This document shows, one piece after another, positions 48,401 to 60,811 of a stretch of 64,000 nt of DNA; position 1 is the first letter of the stretch, and each line of letters begins with the position of its first letter. The position numbers and the translations under genes are program-made. The DNA comes from Orbicella franksi (Eukaryota), in NCBI GenBank assembly GCA_964199315.1, contig OZ116702.1, forward strand, positions 11,656,001 through 11,720,000, in the 5' to 3' direction. The notes beneath the pieces were generated by a model that was not told the origin of the DNA, ran no database searches, and saw only the letters and a program-made list of their open reading frames with translations.

Positions 48401-49330
48401 GCCAGTATATCTCGCCTCTTCATCGTAACCTAACTAGTACACGACATCAAAGATACGCGTTCCTTCAGCTTGTAGTTCTTTTTAACACGGTGAAAACCTG
48501 AGGTTTTCTAAACTAGCTTATATTTGGCAAATACGCAAAACCGATATGGACTAGAAGGAGAAGAGGACTTGATGTGCATACAAAAAAATACAAGAAACGT
48601 TTGCCGGTACTTCTTGCCTCTTCGTGTTAAAAACGGCTGTATCATGCATCCTAATTAGCACACACAAGAAAATATCACTGAGTAAATTCTCCTACCCAGT
48701 TTCTTCGCGTGACCTAGAATGAATGGTACCTTGTGGAGTCACCGCAATTGTAAACACTTCACATCAATTTGGTACTAAGGTGCAAGAGAGGACCATCCCC
48801 TACGAACTGCCGCCATATTCTGACAAGATGTTTTACTGCACCATTATCAGAACGTGTAATGCCGCATGTGTCATAAAACGACCCAAAGCCTATATGAAAT
48901 ACTTTTGTCGGTCACTTCAGAAATAGAACCTTTAAGGGGTAATCTACTGATATAGCTTTTCTTAATGCTATTTTGCGTGCATTGATGTTTACACTAATGA
49001 CGCACTTGACGAAATGACTGCTGTTCTGCCCTACGACGAGGGCTTCAGGCACTCACAACAACTTGATGACACGTGATTTCATCTCAGTTCGAGTGGTTTC
49101 GATGGTCGTAATTCTCAGCATTGGTATATCACTATATTGCACTTTAGGTTTTTTACATGAGAGTTGAGCCAAGAAGAGATGCACGAAAGGGTGCCCAGTT
49201 AGTTCGTTCATATTTAAGTACAAAACTCTGTTGGTTTCTTTCGGAAAATCATCCCCTTTAATTGCCATGGTCATGCATTGTCTGACATTGTAAGGGGCTT
49301 GAAGACGACGACCACCGCAAGGAAACATCT
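45497..49330 (-). pseudogene. Decayed multi-exon gene for a cell-surface protein with FN3-like repeats (possible sushi-like exons upstream and a TM-like segment downstream)
   Basis: Series of AG/GT-bounded minus-strand segments: starting 49330, 48889-48730, 48497-48376, 47317-47098, 46663-46336, 46248-45978, plus a donor at 45497. Segments 47317-47098 and 46248-45978 are paralogous (GSHISFK..K.RSVKSDLIIVS* versus GSDISLK..QGKSVSSHLIAVIW; both end TTACATC.TAG|GTAAG). Multiple in-frame stops and frameshifts. Confidence 0.5.
47604..48155 (+). repeat. ~245-bp imperfect direct duplication (47604-47851 and 47918-48155)
   Basis: Colinear copies from TTTTCGTCCTCATCAGAGCAACTGTAC to GGAACCAGAAACTGATTTACCTC. 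Confidence 0.9.
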
Positions 49331-49429
49331 CTAATCAAAAAAATTAAAGACAGGAGCAACGGCCCTTCACGTGAGGTATACATGCATCATTGTGCATTGC
49401 TTTCCTGTGCTGTCTGCACGCGACCAACG

Positions 49430-49709
49430 TGAAGTAATCACATTCTTGGCTTTTTAGAATGTACCAAGCGTAGCCGTGAGTCTTCTATGCTTCTAAACGG
49501 GGAGTCATCACATTCTTGGCTTTTTGGAAAGCACCAATCGTAACAGTTATTTTTCTAGGCTTCTAAACGTGAAGTCATCACATCCTTGGCTTTTTAGAAA
49601 GCAGCAACCGTAACAGTTAGTTTTCTAGGCTTCTAAACGTGTAGTCATCACATTCTTGGACTTTTAGAAACCACAAACCGTGACAAAACGTTTTCTATGT
49701 TTCTAACTG
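49430..49709 (+). repeat. 70-bp tandem repeat x4 (diverged)
   Basis: Units start at 49430, 49500, 49570 and 49640: TGAAGTCATCACATTCTTGGCTTTTTAGAAA...TTTTCTAGGCTTCTAAACG, with no unique spacers. Confidence 0.9.
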
Positions 49710-50531
49710 AATGTAGAAAAATTCTTGCACATTCAGAAATAAATGTGAAAAAATTATATAAATTTAACGTAAAGGTTAAAAAAAAAATAGATAATGGAAA
49801 ACGTTTCACGATTATAATGAAGACAGTACAGATTCGCAAGATGGCAACGTAAACTTGGTTAAGCATTTTTGAAAGACCACACTTTCATTTCAACTTAATT
49901 TTCGGTAGCGTCTGACGGAAACAGGGATAAAACCTCTTCCATGACATATTTCCTAGAAATTTCAATCAATAAACGTAGCGTGCCAGAGGCTCACACGTGC
50001 ACAAGTATGCGCAAAATCTACGTCGTCCATATTGATCATATCTGCGTGTTGAAATTGCTAAGTTAAACTTAAGTGATAATTTCTTGGTTGTTTCTAAGCA
50101 TATAATATTTAGCAAAAGTCCCTTTTGTAACGTCAATGTCAGACAGATTTCCAGTCCGCAGATACAGGCAAATGGATACATAGCCAGTAGTGTCGTTCAA
50201 GTCCTTTAGAAATCTTTAGAAGTTCTTTTTCGTACCAAAAAAAAACCCTTCCGGAATTCGGTTCATGACGATGTCAGTCGTTCGAGGTTGATCGTAAGGA
50301 TATCACTGAGTGTTTTGATGAAGCTAGTTTGGAAGGGTTTTGTTGACACTGAGGCATCATGAGAAAATGCTGAGATAGATAGCAGTTATATGAGCACATT
50401 TGGATAAAGAGCCAGATTAGTAGGCTGGTTGTGGCCAGTGACCGTTCATTGTTAAAGGGAATCTTGGATGAAAAGTAGTTGAAGTTCAAAGTATACCTAA
50501 TGGTTCTCTTTAACTGATCCTGGGCCTTTAA

Positions 50532-53500
50532 GAGTGCCTGCCCGTAAAAATCAGACAAATTCTTAATTTCGCGGCAAGGGTCGAAAATTCGATTTCGCTC
50601 ATATTCTTATGGTAGATAGGCTAGGGCATGACAAAAAACTACTGGATAGTTTTTTTGGCAAAATATCCTTTTATTTCAAAGAAATATGCAAATTACCAAA
50701 TACCGTTAAAATCGTCATTTGACGCACCATTTTATTAAACAAGTTTGAGAGCCTCGCATGCAAAACCACATCATTCTTCCGTCTTTAAAACACTCAAATA
50801 TTTTTGTGCAATGTTTAAATGTGTACTGGGTTGATTTTAGGGAATGTTACGTTGTCTTTTTGGGTGCACAATAATTAAATTTCGAAGACATGTATTTCAT
50901 TCACTTAAAAGTACTTCGTGAATATAATTAATTTTCACCATGTGCGAAACTTTCAAATGGACCAAGCTTCTGGTGGTTGAATTGCAGAAGGATGGTCTAC
51001 AGATTCCTGTAAATATTTCTTTGGGCAAATGATTGTGAGCAACGCGAGAGCTTTTCAAAGTACGTCAAAAATGCAAATATTTGACCATCCGTCGTCAAAT
51101 TTCAATTTACGAGTTAGACGTATATTTTAGCATGCGCCACATGACTTGACCTATGTTAAGTTGAAATAGACACAGAGCTGATAATTTCGAAATGTTCTAA
51201 CCTCATTTGCTGTAAAAGGCAGGTCCAAAGCCGATTTGACGTGTTTCTATCACCATTCTTCGCACATAAAGCAGAAGTTTGGTTTTGTTTACATAACGTC
51301 CGATGTACATCGCCAACTGTCAACTTATTTAACGGTCGAATACCGTGAATCTGTGACCCTCGTTCGACACATATGATCACCACTGCATCTAAGTCAAAAA
51401 CGGCTAAGTCATTTGTGGATAGTTGCTTGCTTTGCACTACACCAAAATATTACGTTTGATCATCACGGTTTGATGGCTTGAATCCTTGCTTGCAGCGGTT
51501 CCTTGTTCGTCACGCAATTCTGTCATCCCATTTTAGGGGGTAGGGGTGGAACAATTTCTATCCTGATACGTAAGGTTCCGTAAGGCTTGCAATCACTGGG
51601 AGCACGTAATCGTGTTGAGTAGGAAGAGATTAAATTAAGAAATGAAAAGAATGAATAATTTACCATTGCCTCTGTTGTTATCTTTTACTCGACCACCGCT
51701 ACCTACATGCCCCTGCGTAATACTGTAACGCTAAACTCATACCTAGGTCTTTTCGCGCTATGCAATTATTTTTGGTTTATATGTAATACAGTGGGCTATC
51801 CCCGGGGAAATGGGTGGCGACCGCTTAATGGGGCTAGCCGCTTAAATAGAGGTTGGTGTACCTTGAATATTTAATTTTTCACTATCGGGCTATAAATTTC
51901 TTGGTGAACATGGAGTCAATTCAATACAATCATGATAGACGTGTGTTTGAATTATCACTCGTCATGCACCTTCAATTTCAGACTCTTCTCTGCCATCGCC
52001 CTTTCCAAAACAAAGTTCTTAAATTTTGGGTGGCCGCTTAATAGGGGTAAAGACAATAATGAAACCCTTATCGGAATGACCAAATGATGGCCGCGGAGGT
52101 AACCAGTCAATAGGTGTTTTATTTACAATATTTTACTGACGATAATTTTGGACTGTACTGACAACAGTCCTCTATTTTCTGTTACATACCAATGCCTCGC
52201 CACTAAGCAAACAACTGATACGCCAAACAAAATGGCATGGCCAGGGCTATTTACTCACGTAATTACTAATTAAATTTAGTCCGTTTTTCTCACGAATTAG
52301 ACACGTTGTGATTTCCTATTTTTATTTCAGCTAGTTCTTGCTTCATTAATCTATAACTTTTTTATGACGATTCTCTTAAAATTCTAGTGAGTACAGGTAC
52401 TAGCTTTATCAGCTGTTGTCTGAAACATCAGAACGTACAACAAACGTGATATGGACCGAGGCCACGTACACTATAGAATATGATTATATAAATATACACA
52501 TGTTATTATATATATGAAAAAACAGAAGAACAATGATTAAATTGTTTCACTTATGCTGAGAGTACTCTACAAAATAGATCAAAATGTGCAGCATATGCCG
52601 TGACAGCACTGCGTGACGAACAACAACGGCTGTAAGATTGTGCTGCGCCGACACGCTTATCAGCAATGGTCAGCAATCAATCAAACGCAATATTTTGGCG
52701 CAGCGCAAAGCGAGCAACTATCTTCAAATGTCTCAGCCGTTTTAGACTTTGATGCAGTGATGTTCATATGCGCAGAAAGATGGTCACAGATTCATAGTAT
52801 TCGACCAATAATAGGTTGACAGTAGGCGATGTACATCGGATGTTAACCTTGTGTAAACAAAAGCGAACATATGCTTTATTTGCGACGAATGGTGAGAGAT
52901 CGACTAGAAACACGTCAAATCGGCTTTGGACCTGCCTTTTACAGCAAATAAGGTAAGAACATTTCGAAATTATCAGCTCTGTGTCTATTTCAGCTTAACA
53001 TAGGTCAAGTCATGTGGCGCATGCTAAAATATACGTCTAACCCGTAAATTGAAATTTGACGACGGATGGTCAAATATTTGCATTTTTGACGTACTTTGAA
53101 AAGCTCTCGCGTTGCTCACAATCATTTGCCCAAAGAAATATTTACAGGAATCTGTAGACCATCCTTCTGCAATTCAACCACCAGAAGCTTGGTCCATTTG
53201 AAAGTTTCGCACATGGTGAAAATTAATTATATTCACGAAGTACTTTTAAGTGAATGAAATACATGTCTTCGAAATTTAATTATTGTGCACCCAAAAAGAC
53301 AACGCAACATTCCCTAAAATCAACCCAGTACACATTTAAACATTGCACAAAAATATTTGAGTGTTTTAAAGACGGAAGAATGATGTGGTTTTGCATGCGA
53401 GGCTCTCAAACTTGTTTAATAAAATGGTGCGTCAAATGACGATTTTAACGGTATTTGGTAATTTGCATATTTCTTTGAAATAAAAGGATATTTTGCCAAA

Positions 53501-53612
53501 AAAACTATCCAGTAGTTTTTGTCATGCCCTAGCCTATCTACCATAAAAATATGAGCGAAATCGAATTTTCGATCCTTGCCGAGTTATTTTCCATTTTTAT
53601 GGACAGAGACTC
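50532..53612. mobile_element. 3.1-kb foldback-type non-autonomous element with ~930-bp inverted arms, TTAA-flanked
   Basis: Arms ~50532-51460 and ~52678-53612 are reverse complements; TTAA at 50528-50531 and 53613-53616, both ends starting GAGT. No transposase ORF in the ~1.2-kb spacer. Confidence 0.9.
51789..52155. mobile_element. Probable Tc1/mariner-type MITE remnant (TA|CAGT..ACTG|TA) in the foldback spacer
   Basis: TA-CAGTGG at 51787 and GGACTG-TA ending 52157, with repeated internal GGCCGCTTAAT/CCGCTTAA motifs. Confidence 0.45.
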
Positions 53613-54271
53613 TTAAGTTGATATCTCTGTTCTTAGTTCAAATAAGAAGTGTTTAGTTTTCAGTTTAAATCACCTGGGCGCCGCCATGTTTACTTTATGG
53701 TAATTTATGATGTCATTGCGTGGTCAGAGATCTCGAAATGGAGTTTACAAAAGAGGATGGACCATGTTCAGCTGGAATGTGAATTATAAACAATTAGAAG
53801 CACTTTTATATCTCTAGATTCACGCAATGCTGTATTTTAAAAGTATCCAACTGCGTATTGACAACAAAATGTCCCATCAAACTTTGCAAAAATAAACATG
53901 GGGGCCCGCGGGAAACTTGGACTCCTAAAATAGCTGAAAAGAAACATCCAGCATTCAAAACAGGCAAAAAATTATCGACTTCAAATCACTGAAACAATTT
54001 AACACAAACACCAGCTTGGGATTTAAAACAAAACTGTTTTTTAGCCAAGATTCCCTTTAAAGACTGCCGTGTCCTTCAACAGAATCTTTTGATAAATAGA
54101 AGACATGTACCTTGTGTGCTGTGCTGTGTGCTGTACTGTGTTTCCACAGCTCTTTCGATTAGAAAATACCGCGAAGAAAAAGAAGAAAACAACTTGTTTA
54201 CTCTGATCATCAAAACGTAAATTCTCTTTGCTCGTGACATTATTACGTCAACAGCTCGTTCTGTGTTTCTA

Positions 54272-54569
54272 CTACTAGCGTTCTATCAGGAATTCCGTTC
54301 TCTGATTGGCTACGCTACTCACTATCTATTCTGTGATAGATAGTGAGTAGCCTAGCAGTGTGCCCTTGTTAACAAAATGACGGCCGCTTCTTGGCGTTTT
54401 CGAAGTGTCTGTGATGAGGATTTAGATAAAGTTTTGAACGACTTGCAGATTTATACTAAAACAATTAGATTATTCGCTCTCGATTTCTATGCGTGATGGT
54501 TGACTTAGGCTGCGCCCTCGTCAACTATCGCGCAATGGAAATCTCGACCTCATAATCTAATTGTTTAAT
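54272..54569. mobile_element. Interspersed repeat family C copy
   Basis: Colinear match to 18150-18447, same orientation. Confidence 0.8.
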
Positions 54570-55442
54570 AGTAAGACGATTTTAAACCAATCAGCGCGCG
54601 TGTTTTCTTTGGGCTATTCTCACTGCATAATTAATTAGCTCATTGCAAAAGATGCTATTATTTCCGTGTTATTCCCGTTATCGCCCGTGCTGGTAGCGTC
54701 GGTAATGCTTTGAGCCATTTGGAGTTTAAATTTGGTCGTTTCGCTTGAACCGTGGTCTTTTCGTCCTGTGCTCCACAAAGACAGTCATCTTTTGCTATCC
54801 ACCCACCTCCCCTGGTGGCCGTTGCATGCCTACTTCCTCGTCAGTCGCTGCCTCTTCCCATATGCGAAGAGGTAATGAGTATGCAGTGAGGATATGGTTC
54901 TATTTTCTGAACACATATGCTGTATGCAGCTTGCCTCGTAATTCCAGATGTGGAAAGCGATCCAAACATTTCTATAGCATAGCCAGATAAATTGCGCAAT
55001 CTAAATCAGTAAAGCGAGAACGATCAACCATGACTCAAGGGCGCACGTCCATGTTCCTAAAAATGACATGTGCAAATCGCCGCACTAACCAAAATTTGAT
55101 TTCGGTCGCTCTAAGCAAAAATAACAAATTGTTATGAACTTGGAACGCTAAGAATGAACCAGTTCTTAAATCAACGAGGAAAGCGACCTCTAAAATAAGG
55201 ATCTTGTTAGGTTCTCTCTGATATAACTTGGCAACAATTTTTTTTCGGACGTTTAAAGGCTATTTTCCTGAGATTCGGATTAGAAACTCTTTCGTCAACA
55301 GTTGTCATCAACTTCCACCAGAGGTTCCGACGTTATTTTTCTCCTTGTCTGTCCCGCTATGCGACATTTTTTATCATTGAGACAAACTTAAGATGTTTTA
55401 GAAAATGCATGTACTTTTTAAAATGGACCTCTTTTTCCTTAA

Positions 55443-55651
55443 GCCCTGGTCAAACGACGCATGATAGTTGAGGATAGTTGTAGCACGTACTTCCGTTTAA
55501 CCAACTACCATGCACTGTCATCGACTATCGTAAACCATCTTTGAGCTTGATCAAATTCTTCATGATAGTCGATGGTAACGTTTCCCGTTTGACCACGCGT
55601 ATGATAGTGTATGATTATCATGGGCTATCATGCACCGCGTGTAACCACGGC
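55443..55651. mobile_element. Degenerate Harbinger-like MITE
   Basis: TAA|GCCCTGGTCAAACG ... CGTGTAACCACGGC (11/14 TIR match), with internal repeated GATAGT/ACTATC motifs. Confidence 0.45.
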
Positions 55652-58600
55652 TTTGGTTTGTAAGCCGAGCCTGAGCTCGCGAAATGTTAGTACACGGTAT
55701 TCACTTTGGCGAGAGAGGAGCTCGAGAGGTCCCTCGCGACGGGAAGATCAGTTACCTTTTAGCTACAGCAGACCTAGTGCTCTGTTAGGTCATTTACTAA
55801 GATGTCAAACCACGTCCAATGAATATCTTGTGTCTGAATGACACTAAATGTCACTCGTTAATGAAACGTATATGAGCCTAGCACTGGTCACTGTTAGCGC
55901 TTTTAGCCCTTTTCACAGACGACATTTTGGATATAATTCTTTAAACGTAAGGAGTACGATGTCCTTATTTAGAAGTCGCGAGCCTTCCTTCACAAATGAG
56001 CTAATTGTTGAAGTGACCCAGACAACGTGATGTTGAAACTCTTGGCAGAGAAACGTTTGGGAAACTTTCATGTCGTTTTATGTAGAGAATGCCAAGGTGA
56101 TGCTGATGTCTCTCGTTTTCAAGCTCATGTAAGCCAAGCGCAGAACATTTACTGGATAACTTTAATTGCTTTTGTTTTTGAGTACAAAAAGTGTTTGCGA
56201 ACACAACTTAATAGTGACGGGCGAAGTTAATGAACCATAACGCACTGGTGTTTGCGGTGACGTCATGGAGTTTCTAAATTGTGTGATAAGTTAAATTGGA
56301 AAGAAAGAAGATGAGGCACAAGGATTAACGAATTGTAAAGAGCAAGAACAAATCTGCTTGAAAGCGACCGTTGAAAACAAATCAGCGGTTTGTCTCATGG
56401 CAGTTAATCCGTAGACTAAAGATATCTCAGAACGATAAACGTTGTTCCGCAAACATCACTCTCTCTCTTCGTCGAGATCGGCTAGGAAAACCTGCAACTT
56501 CAGCAAGTCAGTTCTGCCTTCTAGCGTCATACAGAAAACATGACTTAATAAGCCATGCGGCCTTTTCACACTACGTATTAATGATCGAATTTGTCCGTTA
56601 CTCAAGTGTAAGCACGTAATTGTCTTCTACCGTTTGATGTTTGCCTCCCGTACAACTACAGCGGTCGAAGCTAGCCCTCCCTCTTTTAATAGCTTCAATG
56701 CTGCAGTACAATCAAAGTACTTTTTATGAAGATCTTTTAAGCACCGAACAAAGGGCAATTTGCACAGATAAGAACACGGACATGTAAGAAAGATTTTGAT
56801 TTTGCGCAGCTTGTTTCTCGCCATGTATTAACACAAGTTTAGATCAAAACAATGTACAGAAATTTAGTCAAACTCACCTTAATTGAAAGCTGCTCTTTTG
56901 CGTAGCTTGTCAACCTCTAACGATAGTTTTAGTCCCAAGCAGTAAATTGTTTAAATGGCTGTGGTAACAATTATTAGAAACCAAGAGAATATCACGTAAT
57001 TTATTCAAGATCGTAAAATTTATTTGAGCCCGAACAAAGAACTCATTATAGCGAAAAGGAAATCAGAAATAATTGTCACTGTGAGGTTATATTGTTCACG
57101 TTCACAGTGAAACAAAGTGCTATTCTTTTTAGCAGATTCGTAGCCTCGGGCTGTTGTGTTTAGCATTCTAACCACGACACCAGTTAGTACAAAGGAAATG
57201 TAGATCGCCAAAAGATTCACGAAAACATTGCAATATATATCGTATATATGCTGGTATGAGCATATTTTGTTTGCAAATTTGCGTTATTAGTACATGCTTT
57301 AATTGCACCTTAATAGAGAAACAATAACAAGAAACTACCAGTACAGAACGTTTCTTTGCTTTTGTTTTGATATTAGATTTAGTTTTTCTATATAGGACAA
57401 CCAGAGAGTTATAGCGGGTTGCCGTCACTGATGTATAAATGGGCTTTCTTTTACCCTTCTTTTAATCCCAGCAGTATGAACTCAGAATAAACCATATTTA
57501 CATAAGTCGTATTGTGAAAAATATTGAAAACTAAACGGTCCTTCTTGTGAGTAGCTTTCATTAAAACAGCTGTACACCTGAGTGTCATCCACCGGTCAAC
57601 AGTCAACAGTCACGGTATTTTGAGTTATTTTGGCTACATACAAAATGACCTTTTAAATTGAAGGAAACCTGAAAATAATAGTTTGCTTAGGGAAAAAAAC
57701 ACTAAAGAGAGACGATTGTCGCGGATTACAAACGACGAAATTGAAAAATTTAGGGTAAACTTTTCAAGATGCGAAAAACGTGACTGCTTTCTGTGACCCA
57801 CAATAGCTTGTAGAGAATAAAAAGATCAGTACCCGCTTTATTTAGATTGTCATGTATACTAAGTTTCTAAATCAGAGATGATTTAGAACCCATGAGGAAT
57901 TAAGGATGAATTAATCATGATAAACCAAAGGATCAAACGAAATGTCATGCTAGAATGAGTGAAGGAAAAGAAGAATCAATATCATTTGAAAATCAATCAA
58001 TCAATCAATAAAAAATCGATAAATTATTGTTAAAATTCGCTAGACGTGCTTTAACACTACTCGATTTAACAGTGTTTCAATCTTTTCCCGAGAACTATAA
58101 AATTGAAGCGTCAGGAATAGAATGAACATTTATGGCCAGAAAATTTTTATATCAGTTCTTGTGGTGATAGAAACTGTTATTTTTGATAATGGGTTTGTTT
58201 GAACAATAAGTAAAACTTCACTAATGTACGCAATGTTTTTAGCAGCTGCCAAATTAAGTTGTTGTTTTGGATATTTCTTTTCTTTTCTTTGTTTGTTTGT
58301 TTGTTTGTTTTGTTTTGTTTTTTTTTCATTGTATATTTAGCAACTGCAACATACGGTTTTTACAATTTTAGTTGTTGAACACAATGCTAAGTGAATCTTA
58401 AATTTGGTCATCGATCGTTCATGACGTTGCAAATTCTTTTAAACTGAATAGTCATTTAAATTATAGTACTCGTAAGGTCCTAGAAAGGCACTCGAAACGC
58501 GCCAATTGGGCTGCATTCTTTGATGTACTTACTCCACTAAATTAATCTGGTAGGAGTCTTTCATTGATTAAAGGTTGTTTTTAACTCTTTTGTTCAAATG

Positions 58601-59655
58601 CATGGTGCTTGTTGTGTATTATATTTTATGAAGTGATATTTGCAATCTAATGCCTAAAAAAGGCAGCGTTCCAAACTGATGCCACTGCTTTATTAGCTTA
58701 AAAAAGAGACGAAAATTCCACCTCTGATAAATACGATTTTTATAGGTGTTGGATGCATGCAGAACTAAATATCTCTGATTATGAGGAAAGAGAACCCTCA
58801 AATTCGGGAATTTAACCTATGTGCTTTTATCCTTCACAGGTCTTAATCTATATTTATCTCAAGTCTTCATTTTGCGCCAACTCCTCCCCACCTCTAACAA
58901 GAAAGACAAGTCAGCTACGAAAATGGGCTTTGTACTTCGTGTTCGTCGCCCTTGGGCAAACAGCTCTTACAGCCTTCGCTGAATTTTGCCTTTCATTTCT
59001 TTTTTCGCCGTGCTTCTATCAGGAAACAGAGCAGTGATACACTCGGTTACCTATGTCAGCCATTGCAGCCATTTTTCCGCTACTAAGGTGACAACTATTC
59101 AAATGTATGGTGATTTTAAGAAGTTATTTCACGGTTGATAACTTTTACAACGCAGGAATCATTAAGCTGCAGGAAGAATTTATCTCAGTGAATCAAGATC
59201 AGCAATTTATGATATCCAATAGAGACGTAACCGGTGTAACAAAACAGACATGGTTTGTTTTGTAACCTAACATTTTTTTGCCAATGTCTTTTGTTAGTTG
59301 AAATAGCCAATTACAATGAGAAGAGCACGAGACAGATTCGCGGTTATTAACGATTAAAATAACTCGCCCTGACTCCCAAGATACATGTTTACACTTTTAG
59401 GAAGTGTGACGCACCTTTTGTGGTCTTTCCAAGAACGGTCTTGCATTAGATCCTACATTTGATTCTCACCAAACAAGCGCCACTGGTAATACTTGGAAGT
59501 TAAATGGGTGTTTGTGAACTCAAGCACGCACCAACGTGCTTAGGTTGCAGCCAGAAAGTCTGAGTGATTTTGCTATTAACCAAGTCTGAGTGACGCCACT
59601 GCACCCTATCCATGCGCTATTGAAAGGATCAGATCTCCAGTTCTGGATCATTCGT

Positions 59656-60125
59656 TCAAGTTGTTTTTTTTTCAGTCTTTGATGCTTTTCCGGGGAGGAA
59701 GTTTGAAACTTTGGAAGAAATCATGTGAGCTTCATTCAAGCACGTATGCAACGTCGTGACAACTTTGTAAAGGAAGATGTTAATTAAGAAGCCCTTGACT
59801 GAAGCCACGATTTGGGCAACATTTACATCATTTACATAACGCGAAGTAACCGCAAAGACACACAAGATGTTCCCAACAAAGTAAAAAGGCAACGAAACTT
59901 TGTTTAGCCAAGATAATCGTTGGTCTTTTGTGTTGGGGTAGTGGCTGCTGCATTTTCGTGTATTTTCAGACAGTTTTATCCATATCACACTATCAACAGC
60001 TTAATTAAAACTTTGATTATGATTAATGTGTCCTCATCTGTACATCAGTATTTCCTACAAAGACTAAATAAACCCATAACGTATCTCTTGGTAATTGAGA
60101 TTTATCACGCAAATTCCAAATAGCC
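59656..60125 (-). pseudogene. Degenerate fragment resembling TM5-TM7 of a secretin/adhesion-class GPCR
   Basis: 110-aa ORF (59988-59656) with two hydrophobic helices, VSLPFYFVGNILCVFAV and VAQIVASVKGFLINIFLY (compare class-B TM7 NSLQGFFIFIF), preceded by RLSWL. Frameshifted upstream pieces read TLIIIKVLIKLLIV and LWVYLVFVGN. Confidence 0.35.
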
Positions 60126-60811
60126 TGAACCAACCTCTCACAATCGCTGAGCATGGGCGGGGTAGGTTAGGCTTATTTACCAGATGTTTAATTTGAAGAA
60201 GTTAAATATGCAATATAGCGAGACATTTTTTCTTTTGGCAGAGCTAAGAACTCCCAGAACAGAAATACAAGTCATTATTGTTTTCTGGATCGACGCGTAA
60301 CTATTTTTTAAAAAAATGGATTGTTGTAAACCGATCGGTTAAATTATTATACATCACCTCATGAGTTGTAAATCAAACGTCTCCTACCTTAAGTTGATTT
60401 CTCAGAGGGAATATCAAGCAATTATTGTCAACTTCTAAAGCTTCCTTGCTCCTCCAGAGATTGCCTTGGGTCCAAAACAATCAGTCGTGCAGTAAACAGC
60501 GCACACGACGTCCTAAAAATCTGAATGCTGACGGAACGATGAGCGACAGCGATAGGTAACAACAAAGATTGCGACAACGATAATAACGTTAGTGACTAGA
60601 GCGACAACACCTGAGGACGATGACGACTGAATTTGATGACAGAACGACGACCATAAAGTAAGATGATGGTCAGAACAACGGCGATTACGATAAATGACGG
60701 TGCCGATGATTACCACTCGTCTTAATTCTTAAGTGGACGTGAATATCGAAGGATAAGGTTAATATCCTCAGCTCTCCACAAGCAATGATGTAAATGACTG
60801 TTGTGCTTAAA

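Larger units (their letters stand above)
50456..54056. mobile_element. Outer Kolobok-like MITE (~516 bp before insertion) interrupted by the foldback element
   Basis: TTAA|AGGGAATCTTGG at 50452-50467 and CCAAGATTCCCT|TTAA at 54045-54060 (12-bp perfect TIR, ~20/25 when extended). Confidence 0.75.

Noticed and set aside
49430-49709. 70-bp x4 array as a CRISPR-like repeat-spacer array
   Set aside because: The units are contiguous and diverge along their whole length, with no unique spacers, no cas genes and a eukaryotic context.
51156-52819. Homologous ORFs 51156-51437(-) and 52613-52819(+) as a duplicated gene
   Set aside because: They are simply the two arms of the inverted repeat; the frame breaks in one arm and no domain is recognisable.
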